Assembly (NCBI GenBank): GCA_965202585.1
Contig: OZ241829.1
Span: forward strand, 22,568,001-22,632,000
Source: Thalia democratica
Lineage: Eukaryota
Length of the DNA stretch: 64,000 bases
Direction of reading: 5' to 3'
The notes under the pieces are model-generated. The model worked only from the letters and a program-made list of their open reading frames with translations, made no database searches and was not told the origin of the DNA. This document shows, in pieces, positions 22,932-35,935 of the stretch (within the stretch, counting starts at the first letter, position 1; every line of letters begins with the position of its first letter). A program made the position numbers and the translations under genes.

Positions 22932-25900
22932 TGTGGGAAATTTTAAAGGAGCTACAATAAATTCAATGCAAGCACATGTTAGTTTTTAATTTAACTTGAA
23001 TATTTTTTTTATCTGTTTATTTAAAATTGATAATTAATAGTAGATCATTCTAATTATATTAACAATAGTTTTTTTTCTATGCATCTAAAAATAATAAAAC
23101 AAGATAACATGTCTCTAAAAGTTAGACTTTTTAACCAAATTATATAAACACTGTTTTAAGTATGTTTTATAAAAAGTCTTACATTTAAGTATTATTCATT
23201 GTTGTTAAATATTTTTCGATATTAATAAATTTAAAATTTACTACTTTAATATTTTTCAAATTTTACCAACTCTAAAATATTTTGCGATGATACAATCGAA
23301 ATTTAAGAAAAACCTACGTAGAATGTTGTAAAATAGATTTAGTACCAAGTTAAAAAGTCAGTTTAGTTTGAAATTAATACAGCGGTTCGCCAATTAGTTT
23401 TTTTAATAAAATTTAAAAGAATCAAAACTATTATTTGATAAGTGCCTAGATAAAAATTTTTATTAAAAAAACCTGAGTTATATTTATTACAAACTAGATT
23501 TACTAAGTTACTTTTGGTTAACCTATTTGTAAAAAAAAATTAAAAAGAAGTTAACTTTTGATAAAAAAAAGATAGATAAGAAAATTTGTAAATATTTCAA
23601 ATGACAACGACTAACTATTTAAATATATATTAATTAAACTCAGAAACTTGATGCTAAACTATAAGTGAATCTTAACTAGTAGTTTTATCAAAAAAGCAAT
23701 TTGTAGTTTAATTTGTACTTAATTGTTACGTACACAAAATTTTATATTGTATATATATATACTTTTTTAAGGGTGAGGATGTAGTGCAACAAAAAACAAC
23801 GATACATGTGCAAAACATAAACATTGGAAGTTCTCATGATGTCGGAGGTGACACACAAAAAGTAGTCGATGAAATAAGTAAAAAGTTGCAGAACATAAAC
23901 GTACCAAATACGAAAAATAGTAACTTTTTACCAAACAAAGTAAACTAATTTGTTTTAAGTAATTTGTTATTTAAAGTTTAAATACTGACATTCTTAATTT
24001 AAAAGGTAAATGAGTAGTATACAGGCTATGTAAACAGTTTATGTACGTTAACAATTTAAACATAGAATTCACAAATTTTATCGCAAAACTAGTTTTTGTT
24101 TGGTATAAAAGCTTTTTTTACTTATGTACAGTAAAGTAAATAATAGTTTAATAAACTAAATATTTTGTAAAGTAAGAAGAAGTATACATTTTGATTTTAT
24201 GCTTTATAATCACTGTTTTTTTAGTTAATTAAGATTAAAATATAAATCCATGTACATAAAATAAGATGATTGTTATTATTTACTTTGAGTTTGATTAGTT
24301 GCTAAACTTTTAGTTACAATCTGTTTTTTTGTGAATTCATGATAAAAAAGATAAAGTGAATAAAAACGAATAAAAACTTTAAATATTTTTTATAAGACAT
24401 TCATTTTTTATTTAGTGTGTTTTTTTCTTTATTTAAACAATACATTTAACATTAACTATAAGATCATACCATTTGAAATAAAGCAATGGATGAGTTTAAA
24501 TTCAGATCAATTTAACTACAAACTTTCTCAAGTGTTTGATTTTGAAAACAATGAAGAATTTAAGAAAGTTAGAAAAATGTTTGCAGAAAATATCAACAGT
24601 AGTTTACTTACCCAAGGTTAACTTACTGTTTAAACTTTAAAAAGCTTTTGTTTTGACTTTGAATTGTACTAGTTTGTTTTTTAAGCATTATAAAAGATGG
24701 TTTAATATTAAAAAGTCAATAAAAATATAACTCTAAATTTTTAAAAACTAATTATATCATTAAACTTTTTTTAAAGAAACATAAACTCAATAGAGAGCAA
24801 TTTATATTAAATTTATTAAAAAGTCAATTAAAAGTTTTATAAAATGTTGTAATGTAAAATTAATTTTCATATATTTCTAAAATTTTAAAACATATGTTTT
24901 TACTAAACAAAAAAAAACAGTAACTAATTAAACTATTAGCGATGGTCTTCTATTTCTTTTGTTCTATTTTGTATAAAAACCCAATATTCTTATGAAATAC
25001 TTTAACATTTCCTTTAAAAATATTTAAACTTATATGATTTTTTTTTTGTAAAGTTTAGAAAAGCTCTTTTGTTTTTCAAAGATTTTAGAAAAAACGTCCT
25101 GAACAAGACGTTAAAAGGTACCCAAGTGGTGTACAACTCGATAACCGAAAGGTTATTTGTGCACCAGTTCCTAGGGCCAAATATTTTAAGTTTCTTTTTA
25201 TTTTCATTCAATAAACTAATAAAAGTTATTAAAAAAAGCTTCATGATAAGTACGAAAAATATGTTAAAAAGAAGCTGAAATAGTTAATAAAGTTATTCTA
25301 TTATAGTACAAGTAACTTAAATTTAAAAAGATCTTAAATGTTTGATTTATAATGAGATGAAATTATGTAAGTAAAGATATTATAACATTAATTGTTTAAA
25401 CAAACATTCATAGATATAATGAGTTTGTTTTGTAAATCAAAAACAATTATAAATTATCTAGGAAGGAAATTAAGTTTTGTTGATAAAACGATAAAAAGTT
25501 TAAAAGAATGGACCGTACAAACTGCCTACGATAAGTTTTATCCGGACTGGAATAAAATTGATCAAGCTGGTTAAAATTGTTTTCACATAATAAGCTAAAC
25601 TTTTTTTTTTAAGTTATCATCAAACAAACATCTAAATAAGTATTACAATTAATGATTTGTTTTGATTTTCATCTTGCTTTAAGTTTGAGTTAAAAAGTAA
25701 TGCCCTCATTCTTGTATATTTGTTGTAATCTATATATAAATTTATTTATATATAGAAAATAATCTGATTGTATAAACTTAAGCTTTTTCCACAGAGCCTT
25801 AAAATGCTTTTGAATAATTTATTAAGAAAATTTAATTTTAATAAAACCAAAACATACGTTTCATAAAAACAATAAAATTGTTTTTCATCTTTAGCTAGCA

Positions 25901-28900
25901 CGGTTTGATATCAAAACTAATCAGCAAAGTGCTATCCATATTAAACCGTACTATCTGAAGATTAAAAACACTTTTGTTGTTTTTATACATGTGTATATAT
26001 AAATGAATACATTTTAATTATAAAAAGTTTTATATTTTTAAAGTTCGAAAGTATGCTTAGTAACAAACATTTGTTTGTTAATGAAGAAATTTATTTTCAA
26101 TTTCATTCTATGATTGCATGAAGTTTTAATATTTATTGTTTAAACTTAAAACCGAATTTTAATATTTTAAAACAGGTGAATTTTTATTAGACATGTTTAG
26201 TATAGCAATTGAATTAAGCAAATTCGAAACGAGTATCATAGACTCAATACAATCTTATAATATGAAGTTTCGAGTTAATCTGAATGAAAGTAGTGATGTT
26301 GAAATTTTAATAAAGTTTTTACAAACCTTTAAACCAAGTATTAAGGAAATCAGTATAAACTTACCAAACAACATATCTGACAAAATAGTAAAAAAAATGC
26401 TCAAGTCTCTAACTTTATTATCAGAGAAAGTTTGTTTGATTTTTTAAATTTAAATTTTAAACCTTTTCCTAATATCTATAAAGTACAATGAATTTACTTT
26501 ATAAACTCCTACAATTAATCAACTTTATCGTTTTATTGTATGTCTAGTGATAGTGTTACTTTTTTTATCAGTAACATATACTTCTGCAACTTTCATTTTA
26601 TATGACTAACATTTTAGTTTGTATTTTTAAAAGACTTAGCTTATCAATTAAGACAAACTGCTTTAAATTAGCTTATAATAAAATGTTATGCTTGATAATG
26701 CTCACATATATTATAATTACCTTCTCGTATAAAAGTTACTCCATTACATAACTCATGCTAATAAATTATTTCTGAATAAAACTACTTAATAAAACTAAAC
26801 TTTACAAGTTTTCAATAAATTAGAAAAACAAATGAATAGGTTATTTTAAGATAAATTTGTACCCTAATAAAATAAGTTGAAACATTGATAACTGATTAAA
26901 CGACCATTGAAAAACCCTTTAAAACAGCATTGAAGAAAAAAGTTGTATATTTACAGTTAAACCATTTTTCCAGGTACGTGATGTAATTATACATAATTTA
27001 AAATCAAAATATAAGGAATTGTTATTAGATGTTATACAAAACATAAGTGACATATTGCAACTCTTCTTTACAAATGATGTTAACAAATATGAAGTAGATG
27101 GAATATTGAAAAATATTGGAAACAATAAAGTTTGTTTTAACCTTCACAGAAAAACCATTTAAAAGTAGACAATAGAAAACATCGTTACCAGTTTAAAAAA
27201 TTACAACTTTATTTTGATTCGATTAAATAACAAAATAGTCTCTGCGAATAATAAATAGCTAAATAACAACTATTAAGTAAATGAAGTATTGAAAAATATT
27301 GAAAAAAAAAGTTTGTTTTATCCTTTTTGGATTTTTTTTTTAAGACACTAGAAAAATATTGTTACCAGTTAATAAAATTACAATTTTATTTATTTTAAGT
27401 TAAAATAATCTCTGTAAAAGTTACAGTGTAAACAATTTGTTTAGTTAAGAACTATAAAGTTGTATTGCAAAGATTATTAAATAATTAACAGTTTGAATGC
27501 GATGTAGTAACTTGTCATGATTATACTTATTATTTAACTCGAAGTAAATCAACACAACTTCTTAATTCTACTCGTTAGTTTTATTTATAATAAAATCTAA
27601 GTATTTTTTTTTTAGATTACTGATTTTACTTCATTTAGTATAAAATTTTATTTTTTAAAAAGAAACAAATACAGTAACCTTTCGCATCTTTACGCACTCG
27701 TGACGTTACGCACTCTCGTTTAGTTACGCAGTTTAGAATTCTATAATATTAAAAAAATAAAACTTTATTTTTTTTTAAATATTGCACTAATTAGGTTTAT
27801 TGTATATATTCATTATAAAATATCTTTTTAAATGCTTATTTACTTCTCTATATCTTTTAACTTTGTAAACTTATGTTCCTTGACTAATTAAAAAACATTT
27901 AGTTACACCTCATTATATCAGAAATTTTGTTAACAATAAGCGATCAAATTAAAATTCTGAAATAAACATGACTGTGTTAAATAGTGAAAGTATAATGAAA
28001 TTATGAGAGTTTAAAATACAAATTAATAATACAGCACTCTTGCCTTATATATGAACAAACATCTAGAACGAAATCGAAACCTCAAATTTTATGGCATGAA
28101 ATTTCATTCCTACTCAAAAAATCCATTATTATATCTTTAATACAATGCAAGACAAGTTTATCCTTATGTGGGCAAAGGTCAAATAAAAAATAGTTGTAGT
28201 AACATAAACAGTTTTTATTAAACATTTTCTTATATTTTATATATTTTTGTTCAAAAGCAGAAATCCATTACAGCACCAAATGTATAGTTTTGTAAAAGGC
28301 CACAGAAACAAATTTTAATATAGACACTACACCATTTCTTAATTGTAAACAAATGCTTAATTATAATTTAAATTTGTAAGTAGAATAGAATACAGATGTA
28401 AAGTATCAAATAAGTCACATATAAACAAGTATAAAGATAAAATCTACTTATTATTAAGTTTATTAAAGTTTTACTACAAGTATTATCATTTTATATAAAT
28501 TCAAATCCTTTTTCTTTTTTAATATATGTATAGTTTTATCTTTTGTTTTCATATTTATAAATAAAGTAAACAAGTTGTTAAAGTGGGAAAGTCCCCAGTC
28601 TGCTTTTAACTAGAAGCAATATCAAAAATCAGCCATTATAGTAAGTATATTTGGTACTTCTCGTATCTTTACGATCTCTCGTATCTTTATGCACTTTTTC
28701 TGTGGACACTATGTGCGTAAATAAGCGAGAGGTTACTGTACATATAAATCGAATTTTTAAATAGTTTCTTCATAAAAGAATAGTTTTATAAATAATACAG
28801 CCAGAATGAATTTTAAGTAACTAATAAATGAGATAAAATATGTCTTCTAAGAAAAAGTAAACAAAGTATCTGACAAAATACTGAAAAACATGCCTAAGTC

Positions 28901-29806
28901 TCTTGCTTTATTATCAGAGAAAGTTTGTTTATAACTTTTTATAAATCAATAAACAAGATTCTCTTTTTTGTCAGCTTACGGGACAGTAAGACTAGATTTG
29001 AGAAATAATTTAACAAAAGAAAGATTGAACGAACTAAAAGAACAACTGGAAAACGAAAAAGTACATATTTTAATCAACTCGAAAGAAGAAATAAATAATT
29101 TAACGAAGACAGCAATGAATCTTCAAATTGATATTGACTATATTGCTATTTATATGAATTTAACATTTGATAAACATATTATTGAATCGTTTTTTGGAAT
29201 GTTATCTAGTAACAGAGTTTCTGTAAGTTTATAAATTGAAAATTACATAATTTATTTCTAATGGATACAATTTGAAGTCAACGAAATTGAGTAGCTTCAC
29301 CAAAAAAAAGTATCCTTACTTGTTTAATTTGTCGTTTTAGTTTTTTATAAGTATTATAGTTTTACATAAATGTTTACTTTGTTTTTTTGTAATAACAGAT
29401 AAGAATATTACAAATATTCAACATAGCAAACACAAAAGAAATATTGGGGTTAACAAAAGACGTAATGAATAATATTACTTATCAAGTTGATCTACGTTGC
29501 CATAACAACACAACAACCAATTATCAAAAAGAATGCGTTGATATAACAAAAAATATTATGAACAATTATCATAAGGTTTGTAAGTTGTTTAATAACTTTT
29601 ATGAACGTAACCTTTTTTTCTAAAATAAAAACTTTTAAAATTGTTTGAAGTTATTTCTGCTTATACATAAGTAAATGTGAAAATTTTAGAAAAAAATTAA
29701 TGTGGAAGTATACATTGCTATTTCAAATTGTAATAATTTACAGAGCAAAGAAATTCAAATCATTTTTATAGGCGGAGTTTACACTATAAAGGGAACAAAC
29801 ACTTAA
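22932..29806 (+). CDS. Uncharacterised protein, intact 3' part (484 aa): join(22932-22977, 23772-23939, 24463-24616, 25462-25569, 26176-26429, 26974-27129, 27492-27573, 28975-29222, 29399-29575, 29744-29806)
   Basis: Ten consecutive exons with canonical AG/GT sites and matching phases give a stop-free frame ending ...SKEIQIIFIGGVYTIKGTNT*. The C-terminal half has degenerate LxxLxL-like strands (SIKEISINL, VRDVIIHNL, IDYIAIY, IRILQIFNI). A probable upstream exon starts at 22513. Confidence 0.75.
25095..25215 (+). repeat. Dispersed hairpin repeat, copy 4 (intronic)
   Basis: aacgtcctgaacaagacgtt...tggtgtacaactcgataaccgaaaggttatttgtgcacca; nested stems with a GAAA loop. Confidence 0.7.
27672..28738. 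mobile_element. Tc1/mariner (pogo/Tigger-like) non-autonomous element in an intron
   Basis: TA target duplication on both sides; TIR CAGTAACCTTTCGCATCTTTACGCAC vs CAGTAACCTCTCGCTTATTTACGCAC. Confidence 0.72.
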
Positions 29807-31530
29807 TTATAGTTATAAGTTATAATTTTATTGTATAACTTTTTTTAAAGAAATTTTTAAATGATTCACTTTGTTTTAAATATCATAGCTTTTCTTGAAC
29901 TTTGTTTTTAATAAATTGAACTTTTTGTACCTACTATAAGATTTTTTAAAGTTTTTAATATACTTTTACTATAGTAAAAACTATATTTCTATAAACGGTC
30001 AAATTACTAAATTATTAATAATTAAAATTATTAATGAAAGCATAAGTTTTTCACATGTTACTTTTGCTTAACTGACCTTCATTGCTCTTTTATTTGACTT
30101 AGAAACTTAATTATTTACTTCAAAAACTTTAATATAAAAAATGCTTTTTTATTCTAACGATTCATATTATTAACATTTTTATTTTTTTTTTTAAACATTT
30201 AAAGGATTATATGAAATAAGAACAAGTTTTATTATTACTTGATATTAATTTTAAGTTTTTAAAACAAAAAAAACTTTCTTGATTTTTATTTGCAGTAAGT
30301 AAATTGTATTACGTTTTAAAGTCTTAATTTTCAATTTCTAAATTCCATTGAATTTGGTATAAATTCAAGTTAAATGTTAAACATTTGATTTTTTTTGCTT
30401 AGTTTTACTTTTTTATTTACTTAAGCCCAACTTAAAATCTAATTATCAATTTTATACCTTACAAAAAAAACTAAAATAACTTTTAATTATTTCAATAATT
30501 TTTAAATTATAAAAAAAAATATTAGTTTGTTTTTTATATCAATTTATGCAGTTAATTAATTTTCAATATTTTTTATAATATAATTTAATATTTAAGTTAT
30601 AATTATTTAACATTGTTTGTACATCTACTTATCTGTTTATTTAATTTTTAGTTCACAAATCGTTTTACAAATTAAAAGATTTAACCAAAAAAGATATTTA
30701 TGTTTTACTTATATATTCTTACATTTAAAATATAATGCATTTTGCAAATTAATGCAAACTAATTAGACTATAACAAGTTTATTGTAAAAATAATTATTTG
30801 TATTAAATTGTGTGTCAAAAGTACTATAACTTCATAATTTAAAAAGAAAATGGATAGGAAAGTTTAAACTTAAATTAAAACAGATAAATGATTAATTTTT
30901 CCATTGATTCTGCACATCTTAGCGGATATAAAATTTAAAAAATAATATTGATTTAGCTTAAAAAAAGACATTGTTGTTTTATTTTGTTACTTCACTTTTA
31001 TGATCTTAGAACTGTAAAGTTTTGTAATACTTAAGCTTACTTTATGTTTACAAATTTAAGTTAGTCAGAGATTATTTTGATAAATTTATCTTTGTGGTTG
31101 ATTAAATACATTGAAAATTAAATAAAAACACTAAAAACTTAAGAAAGTATAATGTTTGTGCACAGTAAGAGCACGTAAATAGATCTGTTATGGAATAAAA
31201 GAATCATTTAAAATATAAAGCTACTTACAGTTTGAATAAAGTACTTTTAGTTTATCAACTAATTTAATAAAAAGTGTATGTATAAGACTTAACGTTAATA
31301 GTTTAATCTAGCAGCAAATTTGTAACCTGCCAATAAAAACAAATAAAACATTGTCATTAAAATATATTTTATTAGTGACTTGTTGCATAAGTTTTACTTT
31401 GAAAGTAAGTTATTTTTTAAGTAAGTTAACAAAAAAGTTCATATCTAAAAGAATAGGTTGTAATTTATCTTATACTATAGTATTTAAAACAAAGTAAGGA
31501 TTTTCAATTTAGTTTTTAAATAATGTCTTA

Positions 31531-31980
31531 AGTAGTGATCTGACGGATCCGTTCGGATCAAAGTTTCAAAAACTGATCTAGTCTAAGCCGGATCCAAATT
31601 TTAAAAATCAATTCGGTTGTTCAAAATTTTTGGCAAATGAATCAAAAAAAAAAAAACGCGCTAGATGCTTTTGAGATTTATTGAAATGCAAAAAAGTGTT
31701 TTTTTAAACTTTTCCTTATTTTTTAAACTAGTTTGAAATATCTCCTAATTTTTCGAAATTTTGCAATAGATATTCTGCAGTTTAAGATAAAGATAAAAAA
31801 AAGATCTTCGGCATCAAAAAGTTTTAAAACTTATGCTAGATGTTACTGAATTTTTTTAAATAACACTAAATATTTAAGAAATAATTGATAGTATTTAATA
31901 ATTTAATGATGAAAAAAAAAATATTTTAGTCTTTTTAAATGTGATCAGAATCCAGATCTTGGTCCGGTCCGAACTAACTT
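31531..31980. mobile_element. Possible old MITE with GGATCC-rich ends
   Basis: AGTAGTGATCTGACGGATCCGTTCGGATC at left; GATCTTGGTCCGGTCCGAACTAACT at right; ends only loosely inverted. Confidence 0.3.
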
Positions 31981-32620
31981 TAAACAATAATACTTGCTTC
32001 ATTTCTTTTTATAAAACTCATAGCATTATTTGCTAAATTTTGTTTGTCAAAGAATAACAAAGCTTGTTTTTTTTCACTACTGCTTACGATGCAACTATTA
32101 TACAGAAACCTGAAGTTGCAATTAAATCTGATTTCTGGTTGTATCTTATATACCTAAGATACCCAATGGAAACATTAACCATGAAGACCCACTTGCTATG
32201 GCGTCAGTTTGACAAAACATTGATAAAAATTGATTTCTACTCCTTCAGTAGCTAATTTTGTTTTGTTAATAAAGCATTATTTTAGATTTATGTTTTTCTA
32301 TTCTGTGTAATGTTGTTGCACAAGTATTTACAATTTTCTTTATTGGTACATTTTCAAAAAAAGATCTTTACATCAAATGAGGAAAAGAACTGTTTCACTC
32401 TTTCAATTACTTAACAAAAAGCTACATAAGTTGAAACGTATTTATCAGTATTAACATTGTATAAAAACAGAAAAGTTTTTGAAACATATTTGTGTTTATA
32501 AAAAAAAAGTGTTAGAAAAATAATTTATTTTAAAATGTTTCTTAAACTATTAATATTGACTGCAAAAAATGCTCAATTTACACAGTGTAAAGAGCTAAAT
32601 ATAACAAAACAAATGTTTAA

Positions 32621-32711
32621 GTACTGCTTCGGTTTGTTACCTGGTTTCGGTGAGCGGAAGAAAAAAGCTTTTTTCCGCTCACCGAAACCAGGTAACAAAC
32701 CGAAGCAGTAC
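32621..32711. repeat. GC-rich palindrome: perfect 39-bp arms, 13-nt spacer
   Basis: GTACTGCTTCGGTTTGTTACCTGGTTTCGGTGAGCGGAA (32621-32659) is exactly inverted at 32673-32711. Confidence 0.95.
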
Positions 32712-33515
32712 GTAAAAATTTGTTTTATTAAAATATTTCTTATAATAATTATAAACATACATAATTTTTGCTTGATAATACTACAAAGTTTATGGCAACT
32801 GTACAATGAAAAACACTTGACTATATCGTGCTTAAATAATTTATTTTTTCATAAAACCAACAACTATTTAGAACAACCAGCTAGACTTTTTGTTTAAATA
32901 AAAAAAATTTTTATATGAGTTAATAAAAATGAACAAATACCAATCATACTTGTTCTATAAATAAGTATAGATGTTCTAAATATCTAACCTATAAATTAAT
33001 CTAAAACTGCAAAATCTTGAATTAATAATTTACTAAGTACACCAACAAAATGTTTATTAAAATAAAAGACTTTTAAATTGCCTACCTTATTAATTTTGTG
33101 AAACAGCTAAAATATGTTTTAGAATATGTATTTTATGATATTATTTTTTTTTATACTTATTTTCATCTTATTATACCAGGTAAGGTAGAAGTAAAAATGC
33201 ACAATAACCGTAACATTGATTGTTTCGTAGAAATAGTTATCAACAGTTAAGTGTACATAAAACTCGCTCTAATTAATATATCATTATTGTATTATGTACA
33301 GTTTTTTGAATGTATTGTTTTCCTCACCAATTTTTTATGTTACTCATAAATGAAGTATAGTTTATAAAACTATCATTGGCAAAAGTAAAATTCTCTACAT
33401 TTTATAATTTTAATGACTTAATCTCATATAACCTGATGATTTAAATTTTAAAAAGCAGTAGGATTTATCTAAAAAATTCAAGAACAAACTTCTAAAAGAA
33501 AAAGCTGTTTTAATT

Positions 33516-34407
33516 GGGAACGGGTCAGATAAGCACGGAGTGACAATTTAGCACGGTGTGACAATTTAGCACAGAGTGACAATTTAGCACGGTGTGACTC
33601 TTTAGCACGGAGTGACACGTTAATACAGAATGATATTTTAGCACAGAAAATATTTTGAATTTTTTTTCTATGTTTAAAAAGCATTTGTTCTGTTTATTCA
33701 AAAATTTTAAAACGAATTATGCAACATGTAAACTAAAAGTTAACAAGCTTTAAATGAGTTACAAATTTTAGCTTTAGTCAAAACTAAGTTTACAAACTTA
33801 TTTTACTACATAGTTTTTAATGAAAATATTTCGATCTTCTACTTTAAAGTTTTCAACAAAAAACTACTTTTATAAAGCTTTATGTATACAAGCTGTAGAA
33901 TTCTTATAACTTTTTTAAAAGGCTTAAAATATTTTCAATAAGGTTTAGCTTGAAGCATTAATTTAAAACAAAAAGTGAGAAATATGAAGATTAGAAACTT
34001 ACTTAGATTTTAAAATACATCATCATAATACAAAAAAAAAATAAAGTTACTACTATTTCTACATGCACGCATTTCGCAACATTTTTTTGTGCTTGTATAA
34101 AAGTTATATATAGACTACTACAAGGGTAAATAACTTTAATTTAAGATGTTATATCCTTTTAACTTTTTAATGTTTTAAAACGTTACGAGCAGCTCAATTT
34201 AAAGTGCTTTTAGTAAGAACTTCGTTTGTTATTTTTCAAGACGATACTTTCAAAAGTGTTGGAACTAATTTTCACATTTATTTGTTGGTAGACTTAATAA
34301 TAATTAAACATTTAAATGAATATGAAAAATAAATAAGTGAAACTTCGTGATAAAAAGTCACTCCGTGCTAAAATGTCTCCGTGCTATTTTTTCTGACACC
34401 TGATACC
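33516..34407. mobile_element. MITE-like element, same family as 5458-6110
   Basis: Starts GGGAACGGGTCAGATAAGCACGGAG with 18-bp gcacggWgtgacaattta repeats; inverted copies ctccgtgcta and end TGACACCTGATACC; no TSD recovered. Confidence 0.55.
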
Positions 34408-35823
34408 AAATTCTGACCTTGTAAATTTAAACTGTGTCTTTTATATAAAAAATAATATACAAGTTATGAATACTTTAATACAATAAGTTTAACGAGTAAA
34501 ATATTTATGAACTTTATTTAAAACTAATTCTTCTAAACTGCATGTTAAACTGATTTTAAGACTTCTGTTTTTTAAGGTGGAACTTAAGTACAATAGTTAC
34601 ATCATTATCTTTTTTTAAGTAAAATAGATTCTTTAAAACGTCAAAAAATCTTTTGGCCAACTTATAAAACTTTAAACTTGGAACATAAGATGTTAATTTT
34701 AACAATGTAAAAATAAATAGTTACAAATGAAATAAAAAATTGTGACAAAACAAAAGTAAAAAGTGTGAATTTTGTACAAAATAAGGCGTTTAGAAAAAAT
34801 ACAAATGATAAAAATACTAAAACTATTATTTTTGTAATTAAATGAAATAGTTGTATTAAGTAACTAGTTGAGGTATTAACTTTGTTGCTCATTTTTTTGA
34901 AATATCTCGCTAAGGTTATAATATGAAGAAAACTAATACTTGAAGCAGCCTCGAAGCAAAATAACTGCACCACGTATTTTGAAACTAAGTCGGCATTGTG
35001 AGTAGATCGAACGCTAATATGAATAAACACTTGAATGATAAAAACGCTAATAAAATAATGTAAACTATAAAACTAAAAAATAGTAAACATTTTGATTGTT
35101 AAAAATTAGGTGTTTGGTTAGTTGTAACATAATAAGTAACATTCGATTATTAAAAAGAAACATTTTCTAAAAGACGAAAAATTAGATTAAAAAAGAAAGC
35201 ATATTAACATATTTTTGGAAGTCAAATAAGTTACTGCCACAATTAAAAACGACAACAACTAAAACTGTATTTAAATACATAATAAATAATTAATGAAAAT
35301 ATCTGATACCATTAGAAATGAGTTGCTGAAAAAAATTTTGAAACTGTAAACTATTAAGCTTAAATCATTATTAATCAACATAAAGCAAAAGTCGATACAA
35401 TTTCACTTATAATTATTTGTGATAAATTTATAAAAAATAAGCCGTTTTTTGAAAAAAACAACATATTGCAACTTTTGTTTGGGAGAAGAGTTGAAAACTC
35501 ATTCAGCGGTAAATTAATGGAAACATAAAAAAGAAATATAAAAGTATAAGGCTTAAGAAGATAGTTTACATCAAATGCCCAGTCGTTCAACCTAGTTTCT
35601 TTTTTACATTATATCAAAACATTTTTGTGCAAACTTTACAACATTTAAACTTTCAAGAAAAACTGAAACTCAAGCTAAAAATTAAATAAACCTTCAGAGG
35701 AATAGTTCTGATCTCCAGGGAAATTTCTAATGTTATATAAAATTTTAATTTCCTGGAAATATTTCTAATCTTCAGGAAATAATTTTGACATTCAGGGAAT
35801 AGTTTTAATTATCATACATATTT

Positions 35824-35935
35824 CTAATCTTCAGGGAACAGTTCCAATCCTAGTTGCTGTCTGCTAGCGAGTCCTTCCGAATTGCTTCTGATGCATCGGT
35901 GGTAAGAATCGTCCCCGCTACGAGTGTCGCAAGCC
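35824..35935 (-). CDS. CHPF: CHPF exon 20 (terminal coding)
   Basis: RACDTRSGDDSYHRCIRSNSEGLASRQQLGLELFPED*; TAG at 35826-35824. Confidence 0.9.

Noticed and set aside
32064-32255. ORF and GC-richer patch, possible LINE or transposase remnant
   Set aside because: No convincing motif in any frame and no splice-compatible neighbours
32535-32897. Overlapping ORFs on both strands
   Set aside because: Near-identical peptides on both strands simply reflect the palindrome
34662-35590. ORFs 34662..35030 and 35375..35590
   Set aside because: Low-complexity F/L/I-rich translations typical of AT-rich non-coding DNA
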